Below, piece after piece: positions 27,773-37,067 of a DNA stretch of 64,000 nt. Source of the DNA: Prevotella sp. UBA3757 (lineage in GTDB: Bacteria > Bacteroidota > Bacteroidia > Bacteroidales > Bacteroidaceae); contig DFGF01000068.1 of the NCBI GenBank assembly GCA_002371715.1, positions 2,032-66,031 of the forward strand, read 5' to 3'. Both the position numbers and the translations under genes were made by a program. Numbering within the stretch: the first letter of the stretch is position 1; every line of letters begins with the position of its first letter. A model generated the notes under the pieces. That model made no database searches. It saw only the letters and a program-made list of their open reading frames with translations, and was not told the DNA's origin.

Positions 27773-28938
27773 GAAAGCTATTGTTAATGATGACGCTCCT
27801 GTGTGGAGGCGTCGCCTATGGGCAGAAAGTCGATACCTTGCTGAACAAGGTGAGTGCTGAACCTTTCAATTTCTCCGTGGCAGTGCCTGACGGCAACTAC
27901 CGCGTGACGGTCACCGTTGGCCACAAGAAGAAGGCGGGCCAGACCGTGGTGCGTGCCGAGAGCCGCCGCCACTATGCTGACATGGTGACTACGAAGAAGG
28001 GCAAATACGAGACTGTAACTTTTGTAGTCAACAAGAAGAACCCGCAGATTGACGCCAAGACGCGTGTGCGGCTGAAGCCCCGCGAGCTGACCTACAACAA
28101 CTGGGACGACTCGCTGAACCTGTCGTTCTGCGGACCGATGCCCGCCGTGCAGCGCATCCAGGTGGAACCCGTCAGTGACGTGACGACGGTGTTCCTCTGC
28201 GGCAACTCCACCGTGGTCGACCAAGAGAACGAGCCGTGGGCTTCGTGGGGACAGATGATAACCCGCTGGTTTGGGCCTGATGTGGCCTTTGCCAACTATG
28301 CCGAGAGCGGACTGTCCTGCACGACATTCCTCGGACAGGGCCGGCTGGACAAAATTCTGACCCAGCTGAAGCAGGGCGACTACGTCATCGTGGAGTTCGG
28401 CCATAACGACGAAAAGGAGAAGAAGGCCGGCGACGGTGCGTGGTATTCCTATTCGCGCAACCTGAAGATCTTTGCCGACCGTGTAAAAGCTGCCGGTGGC
28501 CACATCATCTTCTGCACGCCTACGGCCCGCCGCTCCTTCAAGAATGGGCGCAACCAGAACACCCATGGTGACTATCCGGAGGCCATGAAGACGGTGGCCC
28601 GTCGTGAGCAGGTGCCTGTCATCGACCTCACCAGTATGTCAACCACTTTCTATGAGGCGCTGGGCGACGAGGGTTCGAAGAAGTCGCTGGTCCATTATCC
28701 TGCCAACACCTTTGCCAACCAGCCCAAGCCCCTGGCCGACAACACCCATTTCAATCCCTACGGTGCATGGGAGATAGCCAAGATGGTGGTGATGGGGCTG
28801 AAGCAGATGGGCTCGCCCCTGGTGCAGCATCTGCGCGCCGACTGGCAGGACTTCGACCCACAGCATCCCGACAGCCCTGACACCTTTGTCTGGCACATGT
28901 CGGCAGGCTCGAACATCACGAAGCCCGATGGAAATTGA
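27769..28938 (+). CDS. Rhamnogalacturonan acetylesterase (CE12, SGNH)
   Basis: LCGNSTV, WASWGQM, NYAESG, EFGHND and DNTH; signal peptide. Confidence 0.88.
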   Translation: MRKLLLMMTLLCGGVAYGQKVDTLLNKVSAEPFNFSVAVPDGNYRVTVTVGHKKKAGQTVVRAESRRHYADMVTTKKGKYETVTFVVNKKNPQIDAKTRVRLKPRELTYNNWDDSLNLSFCGPMPAVQRIQVEPVSDVTTVFLCGNSTVVDQENEPWASWGQMITRWFGPDVAFANYAESGLSCTTFLGQGRLDKILTQLKQGDYVIVEFGHNDEKEKKAGDGAWYSYSRNLKIFADRVKAAGGHIIFCTPTARRSFKNGRNQNTHGDYPEAMKTVARREQVPVIDLTSMSTTFYEALGDEGSKKSLVHYPANTFANQPKPLADNTHFNPYGAWEIAKMVVMGLKQMGSPLVQHLRADWQDFDPQHPDSPDTFVWHMSAGSNITKPDGN

Positions 28939-28955
28939 ACGTTGAACAACTGAAA

Positions 28956-29068
28956 GACTCTCCCCCAGCCCCTCCCTGTGAGGGAGGGGAGTGATTACTC
29001 TCAGGATGCCTATACTGCGGCAGGACATATTACTCCCCTCCCTCGCAGGGAGGGGCTGGGGGAGAGTC
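28956..29068. mobile_element. REP/MITE-like element with 40-bp terminal inverted repeats, each arm internally palindromic
   Basis: The left arm gactctcccccagcccctccctgtgagggaggggagtgat differs from the reverse complement of the right arm at 2 of 40 positions; about 33-bp spacer. Confidence 0.7.
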
Positions 29069-29089
29069 CTTTTTTTAACATTGAACATT

Positions 29090-29407
29090 ATGAAGCGATT
29101 TGGATTTAAAATGTATTTGAAGCCTGGCTGCGAACAGGAGTACGAACGCCGCCACGCTGCTATCTGGCCCGAACTGGTTGAGATGATTCATGAGGCCGGT
29201 GTTAAGAACTACAGCATCTTCTGGGACCGCGACACCAACCTGCTGTTTGCTTACCAGGAGTGTGAGGGCGAGGGCTCGTCGCAGGACACGACGGACGTTG
29301 ACCCCATTACCCAGCGCTGGTGGGACATGATGGCCGACATCATGGACACCAATCCCGACCATTCGCCGGTGACCATCCCCCTGCAGGAAGTGTTTCATTT
29401 AGACTGA
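29090..29407 (+). CDS. rhaM: L-rhamnose mutarotase
   Basis: MKRFGFKMYLKPG..EYERRHAAIWPEL, NYSIF, QRWWDMMADIM and EVFHLD. The upstream GTG extension runs through the palindromic element. Confidence 0.93.
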   Translation: MKRFGFKMYLKPGCEQEYERRHAAIWPELVEMIHEAGVKNYSIFWDRDTNLLFAYQECEGEGSSQDTTDVDPITQRWWDMMADIMDTNPDHSPVTIPLQEVFHLD

Positions 29408-29415
29408 TTGCCCCG

Positions 29416-32313
29416 ATGATGCGTCTCTTCATACTCGTGGCTCTTGTGACGTGCCACGCGCTGGTGCTCCCCTCCCGTGCCCAGCAGACCATCTCGCTGG
29501 CCGGCGCGTGGGATTTGTCGCTCGGTGACAGCACAGCTTATAACGACTACGTCATGTTGCCTGGTTCGATGCTCACCAACGGTAAGGGAGACATCGTGAC
29601 CGCCGAGACCCGCTGGACGGGTTCGCTCTACGACTCGTCGTTCTACTTCAACCCCTACATGGAGAAGTACCGGAAGGCCGGTAAGATGAAGTTCCCCTTC
29701 TTTCTGACCCCGGAGCGCCACTATACCGGGCGAGCCTGGTATCGGCGCAAGCTGTACGTGCCTGCCGACATGAAGGACCGCCGCGTGACGCTCTTCCTGG
29801 AACGACCGCACATTGAGACCACCGTCTATGTCAATGGCCGCGAGGTGGGTCACGACATGTCGCTGTCCACGCCCCACTGCTACGACGTCACCAAGTATCT
29901 GCACTACGGCGCGGGCAACACCATTGCCATCTGCGTCTACAATGGCATCGAGAATGTCTGTGTCGGCCAGGACTCCCATAGCGTCACCGACCAGACGCAA
30001 GGCAACTGGAACGGCATCGTCGGGCGTATCGAACTGCAGCTGCAGCCCAAGAAGCTGAACATCCGGCAGGTACGCGTCATTCCCGATGCGACCAGGCGCT
30101 CGGTGCACGTCAGCGTCCAGCTGGAGAACCACGTCGACGGTGTTCGTTTTCTGCCAAAACGCAACTATTTCGTCCATGTCAACGTCCGCTCCATCAAGGG
30201 GGACCACATCGGCAAGTCCGTGTCGGCCGAAGTCACGGAGGCTTTTGGGACAAAAAAGGAGTTTGACCTCTTTCTGGGCAACCATGCTCCCTTGTGGGAC
30301 GAGTTCTCGCCCAACCTCTATCTGCTGACTGTCGAGGCTGGCGACGACGTCTATGAGACCACCTTCGGCCTGCGCCAGCTGCGCATTGACGGCCCTCAGA
30401 TGTTCGTCAATGACCGTCCGCTCTTTCTGCGCGGAACCGTCGAGAACTGTTGTTTTCCAGAGACGGGCTATCCACCAATGGACGTTGACGAGTGGTTGCG
30501 CGTCTTCCGCAAGTGTAAGGCCTACGGACTGAACCATGTCCGTTTCCACTCCTACTGTCCGCCGGAGGCCGCCTTTGCCGCTGCCGACCGCGTTGGCATC
30601 TACCTGCAGCCCGAAGGTCCGTCGTGGCCCAACCACGGTGTCCGCCTGCGCCGGGGCCAGAAGGTTGACCAGTACCTGATGGACGAGACCCGTCGCATCA
30701 TCGATACGTACGGTCATCATCCCTCGTTCTGCATGATGGCCGTCGGCAACGAGCCTGCCGGCGACTGGGTCAGCTATTGCAACGAGTGGGTGAAGGCCAT
30801 GAAGGAATACGATGCCACCAAGCTCTATGCCGGTGCCAGCGTCGGTGGTGGCTGGGCCTGGGACGACGGTTCTGAATACCATGTCAAGGCCGGGGCCCGC
30901 GGACTGGACTGGGATCGCCGTGCGCCGGGTTCTGACGACGACTATTACCAGCAGCTGCTCTTTCCCCGCAACTACAAGTCGAAAGAACCGAACCGTTCGC
31001 CCATCGTGGCCCACGAGCAGGGCCAGTGGTGTGCCTTCCCCGACCTGAAGGAAATACCACAGTATAGTGGCGTCTACAAGGCTCGTAACTTTGAGATATT
31101 CCGTGACCTGCTGGCCGACAACGGCATGGCACAGCAGGCTGAGAATTTCCTGATGGCCAGCGGACGGCTGCAGACCCTCTGCTATAAGTACGAGACCGAG
31201 CGCAACCTGCGCACCAGGGACTATGCCGGATTCCAGTATCTGGGGCTCAACGACTACAGCGGACAGGGCACGGCCCTTGTCGGCCCGCTCAACGTCCATT
31301 GGCGCGAGAAGGGCTATTGCACGGCTCAGGAATGGCGGCAGTTCTGTGCACCACTGGTCGCCCTGGCCCGATTCCCGAAGTTCGTCTATACCAACGACGA
31401 ACGCCTCGTTGTGCCTGTTGAGGTCTATAATGCCTTCCAGACTGGCGTGAAGGACGCCAAGGTCACCTATGCGGTCACCGGCGACTCGACGACCATCGTC
31501 GAGGGCGCGTTGTTCAGCGGCATGATACCCATTGGCAAGAATATTGCTTTGGGCACGGTCAGCCTCCCGCTGTCTGGGTTTGTGAAGCCTGCCAAGCTCA
31601 CGCTCCGCATCCTGATGAACGGCCTGGCCTGGAACCAGTGGGACTTTTGGGTCTATCCTGCCACGCTGCCCGATACGGACAAAGACCTCCCCAAAGGCAT
31701 CTACGAGACCGATTCGCTCGATGACCGTGCGCTGAAAGTGCTGAAGAAGGGAGGTACCGTCTTGCTCTGTGCCGGCGGCAAGATTCGCTATGGCCGCGAT
31801 GTCGTCCACACCTTCCTGCCCGTGTTCTGGAACACCAGTTGGTTTAAGATGCGCCCGCCACACACGACTGGTGCCTATATCCAGGCCAGCCACCCCGTGT
31901 TCCGCGATTTCCCGACTGACGACTGGCAGAACCTGAACTGGTGGGAACTCGTCAACCACACGCAGGTCATGAATCTCGCAGAATTTCCCAAGGCCTATCA
32001 GCCCATCGTGCAGCCCATTGACACGTGGCATGTGTCGCGCAAGTTGGGCATGCTCGTCGAGGCCCGCGTGCTCAGTGGCCGTCTGCTGATGACGACGCTG
32101 CCTGTCAGCATGCGTCAGGTAGCCGACGGACGGAAACCCGTGGCTCGTCAGTTGCGCTACTCCATCCTGCGCTATCTGCAGTCCGATGATTTCCAACCCA
32201 CGCTGACGCTCTCGCCCGACGTCATTCAGCACCTCTTTGAGCGCGAGGCGCCACGTGTAGATATGTTTACCAACGAATCGCCCGACGAACTGAAACCGAA
32301 GATTGGCGGATAA
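29416..32313 (+). CDS. GH2-like glycoside hydrolase, secreted
   Basis: GNWNGIVG, TTFGLR, FLRGTV, LNHVRFHSYCPP, HPSFCMMAVGNE and AHEQGQW; signal peptide. Confidence 0.82.
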   Translation: MMRLFILVALVTCHALVLPSRAQQTISLAGAWDLSLGDSTAYNDYVMLPGSMLTNGKGDIVTAETRWTGSLYDSSFYFNPYMEKYRKAGKMKFPFFLTPERHYTGRAWYRRKLYVPADMKDRRVTLFLERPHIETTVYVNGREVGHDMSLSTPHCYDVTKYLHYGAGNTIAICVYNGIENVCVGQDSHSVTDQTQGNWNGIVGRIELQLQPKKLNIRQVRVIPDATRRSVHVSVQLENHVDGVRFLPKRNYFVHVNVRSIKGDHIGKSVSAEVTEAFGTKKEFDLFLGNHAPLWDEFSPNLYLLTVEAGDDVYETTFGLRQLRIDGPQMFVNDRPLFLRGTVENCCFPETGYPPMDVDEWLRVFRKCKAYGLNHVRFHSYCPPEAAFAAADRVGIYLQPEGPSWPNHGVRLRRGQKVDQYLMDETRRIIDTYGHHPSFCMMAVGNEPAGDWVSYCNEWVKAMKEYDATKLYAGASVGGGWAWDDGSEYHVKAGARGLDWDRRAPGSDDDYYQQLLFPRNYKSKEPNRSPIVAHEQGQWCAFPDLKEIPQYSGVYKARNFEIFRDLLADNGMAQQAENFLMASGRLQTLCYKYETERNLRTRDYAGFQYLGLNDYSGQGTALVGPLNVHWREKGYCTAQEWRQFCAPLVALARFPKFVYTNDERLVVPVEVYNAFQTGVKDAKVTYAVTGDSTTIVEGALFSGMIPIGKNIALGTVSLPLSGFVKPAKLTLRILMNGLAWNQWDFWVYPATLPDTDKDLPKGIYETDSLDDRALKVLKKGGTVLLCAGGKIRYGRDVVHTFLPVFWNTSWFKMRPPHTTGAYIQASHPVFRDFPTDDWQNLNWWELVNHTQVMNLAEFPKAYQPIVQPIDTWHVSRKLGMLVEARVLSGRLLMTTLPVSMRQVADGRKPVARQLRYSILRYLQSDDFQPTLTLSPDVIQHLFEREAPRVDMFTNESPDELKPKIGG

Positions 32314-32319
32314 ATCTTA

Positions 32320-32359
32320 GCGTCATACCGGCCAAAATGCCTGGTATGACGCACTTTTT
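32320..32359 (+). terminator. Intrinsic terminator ending the pectin cluster
   Basis: gcgtcataccgg ... ctggtatgacgc followed by acttttt. Confidence 0.75.
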
Positions 32360-32376
32360 GCAATAATAGCACATAG

Positions 32377-32427
32377 TTTTGCAAATATAGGAAGCTTCGT
32401 AACCGGAAACTTCCTATATTTGCAAAA
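32377..32427. promoter_or_regulatory. Perfect 18-bp inverted repeat with a TATATTTG -7 element in each arm; the plus-strand copy is a candidate promoter for the LRR/cohesin gene pair
   Basis: ttttgcaaatataggaag-N15-cttcctatatttgcaaaa. Confidence 0.65.
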
Positions 32428-32464
32428 TCTTTATGTCGTCTACAAATTAAACATCTATAAGCTT

Positions 32465-35400
32465 ATGAAGAAATCAGAGAATGCAATGCCACACGCTGGC
32501 ACGATGACCGCGAACCATGTTGCCTTTTGGCAGGCATGGCTCCTGTTGATGGCGGGCATCTTCCTGCCCCTGTCAGCGCAGGCCGACCAGGTGACGGTGG
32601 CCGACGCCAACGGCAACGAGCTTCGCTACACGTTCGACGGCGACGGCCCGGCCACGTTTACGAGAGTTGACAAGTACAGCAGCGATGAGGCCAAGGCGGG
32701 CCACATCATCATTGCCGACCGCGTGACTGACAGTAACGGCACCAGCCACGACGTGCGCTACATCAGCGGGTCCGTGGGCAACCGCAGCAACCTGGTGAGC
32801 ATCGTGTTCGGACAGAACATCGTCAGTACGGGCGGTCCTGAGGGTACGAACAACGATGCCTTCTATAGTTGCCGCAAGCTGGTGAGCGTGACGCTGAACG
32901 CGAACCTCGAACTGTTAGGAAGCTATACGTTCCAGGACTGCTACAGTCTGGCGCATGTCAACCTGGGCGACTGCACCAAGCTGACGACCATCAGGAACAA
33001 TGCCTTCGAGGACTGCGACCTCGTGCGCCAGCTGACGCTGCCCGCCTCGGTCACCACCATTGAACGGGGTGCCTTCTATGGCATTGACTCGCTGCGCACC
33101 TTCACCTTTGCCGACGGTTCGCCCGTCACGACGATTCCCCAGGAGTGTTTCGGCGCCTGCGTTTCGTTGGAGACGCTGACGTTGCCCGAGGCCGTTGAGA
33201 CCGTCGAGGGCAGTGCTTTCAGCAATTGCCGGGCGTTGACGGAGGTGACGTTTGGCAGCCGCCTCACCACTTTCGCTAACGACTGGTACATATTCTATAA
33301 CTGCCATCAGTTGCAGCGCATAGTGCTGCCCGGTGCCAACTATCCGTTTACGGGGGGACTGTGGCTGCCGTCCAACATCGTCCTTTACGTGCATCCCGAC
33401 TTGGTGGACACCTACCGCACCAGCGACTACACCAAGGACAGGCGCATCATGGCCATTGGTGCTACCACCGACGTTGCCGTCACCACAACCGAGGGTGGCC
33501 AGTTAGGCAGCAAGATTGAGGCACTGGCCAATCCCATGTACGTCCAGCGGCTCACCGTCAGCGGTCCGCTCAACGGCACCGACATCGACTACCTGCACGG
33601 TTTCCTGCCGCTGCTCGAGGTGCTCGACCTCTCCTCGGTGCACATCGTTGAGGGTGGCGAGAAGTACCATCTCTGGTCGGTCAGCGACAACGGCACGGCT
33701 ACGGTTTACAGTGATTACGACTATTACCGCTATGCCGTCGAGAACGACGTGGTGGGCAGCTACATGTTCCACAACATGCCCATGCTGCGCAGCCTCCAGT
33801 TGCCCAGGGCCACCACCGCCATTGGCGACTATGCCATGGCTGACGACCGCCGTCTGGCCACCATCGGCCTCGGCAATGCCGTCACCACCATTGGCCGCAA
33901 TGCTTTCTGCCGCACGGGCCTCACGTCGCTGGTGGTTCCCGCCGGCGTGACGCGCCTGGAGGCTGAGACCTTCTACGACTGCAACGAGCTGCTGAAGGTC
34001 ACGCTGCCCGACGCTATTACCTTCGTCGGCACCAGCTGCTTCAGCGAGTGCGACCTTCTCGAGGATGTCAACATCCCGGCCAGCGTTGAGACCATCGCCG
34101 AGTATGCCTTCTACAACAACGCCAGCCGAACGACACCCATCGTCCTGCCTGCCACGCTGAAGACCGTTGGCAACCATGCCTTTATGTATAATAAGGTGGT
34201 CAGGCGCATCACGTTCAGCGAAGGTCTGGAGACCATCGGCAACTATGCCTTCAGCAATTGCAACGCCGTGGAGAGCCTGACGCTGCCCGAGAGCGTCACC
34301 CAGATAGAGTACAATGCCTTCGAGGGCTGCGACAGCATCACCGAGTTCCGCTTCCCTCAGAGCATCAAGGAGGTGCCTGACGGCGTGCTCTACCACTGCG
34401 ACAAGCTGCAGAAGGTGGTGCTGGCCGAGGGTACGACCCGTCTGGGCCATTCCGCTTTCAGTTATTGTCCGCAGCTTGCCGACATCAATATCGCGACGAT
34501 GAACACGCTGACCTTCACCGGCCGCTACGTGTTCGAGAATACCGGCTTCACCACCATCACGCTGCCCAACAGCATCACCGAGATGGACTACTGCACGTTC
34601 CAGGGCTGTAAACAGCTCTCCAGTGTCAACGTGCCTACGGGCATCGACTATGTGCCCTACGACTTCTGTGAGGATTGCCCTGAACTGCTCAGCGTCACGC
34701 TGCACGACGGCATCCGCGTCGTCCGTCACGATGCCTTCTACGGCTGCCGTAAGTTGCGCACCATCGACCTGAACGACCAGATTACCGACATCGAGTATAA
34801 CGCTTTTTGCAACTGTGACAGCCTCCGGCTCAGCAAGTTGCCCGCTGCTTTGACGTTCATAGGTGGCAGTGCCTTCAGTCATACCAAGTCCATGACGGGT
34901 GCGATAGAAATCCCGGCTGGTGTCAAGCAGATTGATTACGATGCTTTTGCCCGCTCGGGCATCACCGCCGTCACCCTGCCCGAAGGTATTACTACGTGGG
35001 GAACAGGCCTCTTCGCCTCTTGCGACAGCCTGCGCAGCGTGCGGTTGCCTAGGGACATCAAGCGCATCACCGACTATATGTTTGAAAACTGCAAGTCGCT
35101 GCGCCAGATTCAGATTCCCGACAGCGTCAGTGCGGTGGGTTATTCTGCCTTCAGATATTCTGGGCTGGAAGCCATCCAGTTGCCCGATTCGCTGGCCACC
35201 ATTGCTTTCTATGCTTTTTATGACACTCAGTTGCGCGAGTTCCGTGTCCCCGACGGTGTCCATAAACATCCAGGCGATTGGGCTTGGGCATACTGCAAGC
35301 GCCTGAAGACCATCTATCTGGGCAAGAATCAGGACTATACGCAAGGTTCGGTTACCTCATTGGTGTATGGTTGCGACTCGCTGCAACTGATACGCATGTA

Positions 35401-37057
35401 TGCCGGTACGCCTCCCAACTACGATAGTAATTATTTGTCATTCGTTCACAGGTGCGTGCTCGAGGTGCCTGAGGATGCCGTCGAGCTGTATAAGGCTGCC
35501 GACACGTGGAAGGAGTTCAAGGAGATACGTGGTTTCTTCCAGGGCGACGTGCTCAACGACCTCGACTTTGCCGTGCTGCAGAAACTCTACCGCGAGCTGG
35601 ACGGTGCCAACTGGAAGCATCCCTGGGACCTCACCAACAACCACCGCTCCATGGGCAAGTGGCATGGCGTGCTGACCGTCGGCGACTACATCACCGAGAT
35701 CGACCTGACGGGCCAGGGCCTTGAGGGCGAGCTGTGCGACTCGCTGTTCCTGCTGCCGCGCATCGAGAAGCTCAATCTGAGCAACAACCACGTCCGTGCC
35801 AACCTCACCACGCTGCTGGCCAACCGCGAGGCCTGCACCACGCTCACCGAGGTCAACATGCAGGGCAACGAACTCACCGGCGACATCTATCCCTTTGCCA
35901 CCAAGTTGCCCAACCTCACGCGGCTCGACCTGAGTTACAACCAGCTGACCGAGGTCTCGCAGCCCATTCCGAACGAGAAACTGCCCAACGACCGGTTTGC
36001 CCGCGGTTTCCAGTTTGTCGACTACCAGACCAAGCAGGTCGTGGCCAATGCCCCCGTTACTGACATCACGCCGGGCATTCCCGCTGCTATCGAACTGAAT
36101 ACCGTCCAGACCTACCGCCATGAGTATGGCGACTACGGCTACCAGTGCAGCGACCTCTACCGTCACTATCTCAACAAGAATGGCGACTGGACGACCAGCG
36201 ACTGGGAACTCACCAAGGACTCCGAGGGTCTCTGGGTGCTCAATTCCAGCTACAGTTCGCGTGCCCTCCGTGCGCCGAAGGGCGTGCCCGTCATGTACAC
36301 GCATGGTGACCCCTGGTGGAGTCACCTCTCGTTCATTGTCCGCTTCGACTGGACTGACGGCGATGCCAATGCCGACCAGACTGTCGACGTCACCGACCTG
36401 CAGAGCGTCATCCACTACGCCCTGCACGACGGCAAGCCCGACGGCCAGCTCTTCAACTTCACCGCTGCTGACACCAATGGCGACGATTTCGTTAACGTCA
36501 GCGACATTGTGGGCAGTGTCGACTATGTACTGGCTGCCACGCTGACCGAACCCGCCAACACACCTTATTATAATCATAGGGCACCGGCCAGCCGGCCCAA
36601 CGTGCTCTCGACCGATGGCAGCACCGTCGTGCTGACCCTTTCCGATGCCGTTGCCGCCCTGCAGTTCACCGTCACGGGAACCACTGCCCAGCAGCTGCGC
36701 GTCAGCGAGGCCCTGCAGAGCCAGTTCTCCGTGGCTATGCGTCAGGTGGCCGGTGGTGTCCGTATCGTGGCCTATTCGGCTGAGGGCCGCTGTCTGGCCC
36801 CCGGTGTCCACCAGCTCCTGAGCGGACTGCCCGCCGGGGCCGCCATTACTGACGTGCGGCTGTCTGACAGCCAGGCCCGCTATCTGGACGTCGATTACCA
36901 GGGTGCGCTGACCGGCATCCGTACGCTGTCCGACGGCGACGCGCTGCCCGATGGCGTGCTGTTCGACCTGAATGGTCGTCGCGTCGGCCCGTGGCAGTCG
37001 CTGCCCGACGGCATCTATATCTACAACGGTAAGAAGATCAAGAAAATAACGAAGTAA
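32465..37057 (+). CDS. Large secreted BspA-type LRR protein with a second LRR block, dockerin-like domain, cohesin-like domain and T9SS-like tail
   Basis: Many LP.S/GV..I...AF..C..L repeats; L..LDLSYNQL repeats; duplicated Ca-loops GDANADQTVDVTD and ADTNGDDFVNVSD; tail FDLNGRRV...GIYIYNGKKI. Confidence 0.82.
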   Translation: MKKSENAMPHAGTMTANHVAFWQAWLLLMAGIFLPLSAQADQVTVADANGNELRYTFDGDGPATFTRVDKYSSDEAKAGHIIIADRVTDSNGTSHDVRYISGSVGNRSNLVSIVFGQNIVSTGGPEGTNNDAFYSCRKLVSVTLNANLELLGSYTFQDCYSLAHVNLGDCTKLTTIRNNAFEDCDLVRQLTLPASVTTIERGAFYGIDSLRTFTFADGSPVTTIPQECFGACVSLETLTLPEAVETVEGSAFSNCRALTEVTFGSRLTTFANDWYIFYNCHQLQRIVLPGANYPFTGGLWLPSNIVLYVHPDLVDTYRTSDYTKDRRIMAIGATTDVAVTTTEGGQLGSKIEALANPMYVQRLTVSGPLNGTDIDYLHGFLPLLEVLDLSSVHIVEGGEKYHLWSVSDNGTATVYSDYDYYRYAVENDVVGSYMFHNMPMLRSLQLPRATTAIGDYAMADDRRLATIGLGNAVTTIGRNAFCRTGLTSLVVPAGVTRLEAETFYDCNELLKVTLPDAITFVGTSCFSECDLLEDVNIPASVETIAEYAFYNNASRTTPIVLPATLKTVGNHAFMYNKVVRRITFSEGLETIGNYAFSNCNAVESLTLPESVTQIEYNAFEGCDSITEFRFPQSIKEVPDGVLYHCDKLQKVVLAEGTTRLGHSAFSYCPQLADINIATMNTLTFTGRYVFENTGFTTITLPNSITEMDYCTFQGCKQLSSVNVPTGIDYVPYDFCEDCPELLSVTLHDGIRVVRHDAFYGCRKLRTIDLNDQITDIEYNAFCNCDSLRLSKLPAALTFIGGSAFSHTKSMTGAIEIPAGVKQIDYDAFARSGITAVTLPEGITTWGTGLFASCDSLRSVRLPRDIKRITDYMFENCKSLRQIQIPDSVSAVGYSAFRYSGLEAIQLPDSLATIAFYAFYDTQLREFRVPDGVHKHPGDWAWAYCKRLKTIYLGKNQDYTQGSVTSLVYGCDSLQLIRMYAGTPPNYDSNYLSFVHRCVLEVPEDAVELYKAADTWKEFKEIRGFFQGDVLNDLDFAVLQKLYRELDGANWKHPWDLTNNHRSMGKWHGVLTVGDYITEIDLTGQGLEGELCDSLFLLPRIEKLNLSNNHVRANLTTLLANREACTTLTEVNMQGNELTGDIYPFATKLPNLTRLDLSYNQLTEVSQPIPNEKLPNDRFARGFQFVDYQTKQVVANAPVTDITPGIPAAIELNTVQTYRHEYGDYGYQCSDLYRHYLNKNGDWTTSDWELTKDSEGLWVLNSSYSSRALRAPKGVPVMYTHGDPWWSHLSFIVRFDWTDGDANADQTVDVTDLQSVIHYALHDGKPDGQLFNFTAADTNGDDFVNVSDIVGSVDYVLAATLTEPANTPYYNHRAPASRPNVLSTDGSTVVLTLSDAVAALQFTVTGTTAQQLRVSEALQSQFSVAMRQVAGGVRIVAYSAEGRCLAPGVHQLLSGLPAGAAITDVRLSDSQARYLDVDYQGALTGIRTLSDGDALPDGVLFDLNGRRVGPWQSLPDGIYIYNGKKIKKITK

Positions 37058-37067
37058 CACAACGACT

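Noticed and set aside
28991-29089. 33-aa N-terminal extension of RhaM
   Set aside because: It is read through the palindromic element; the RhaM motif starts at ATG 29090.
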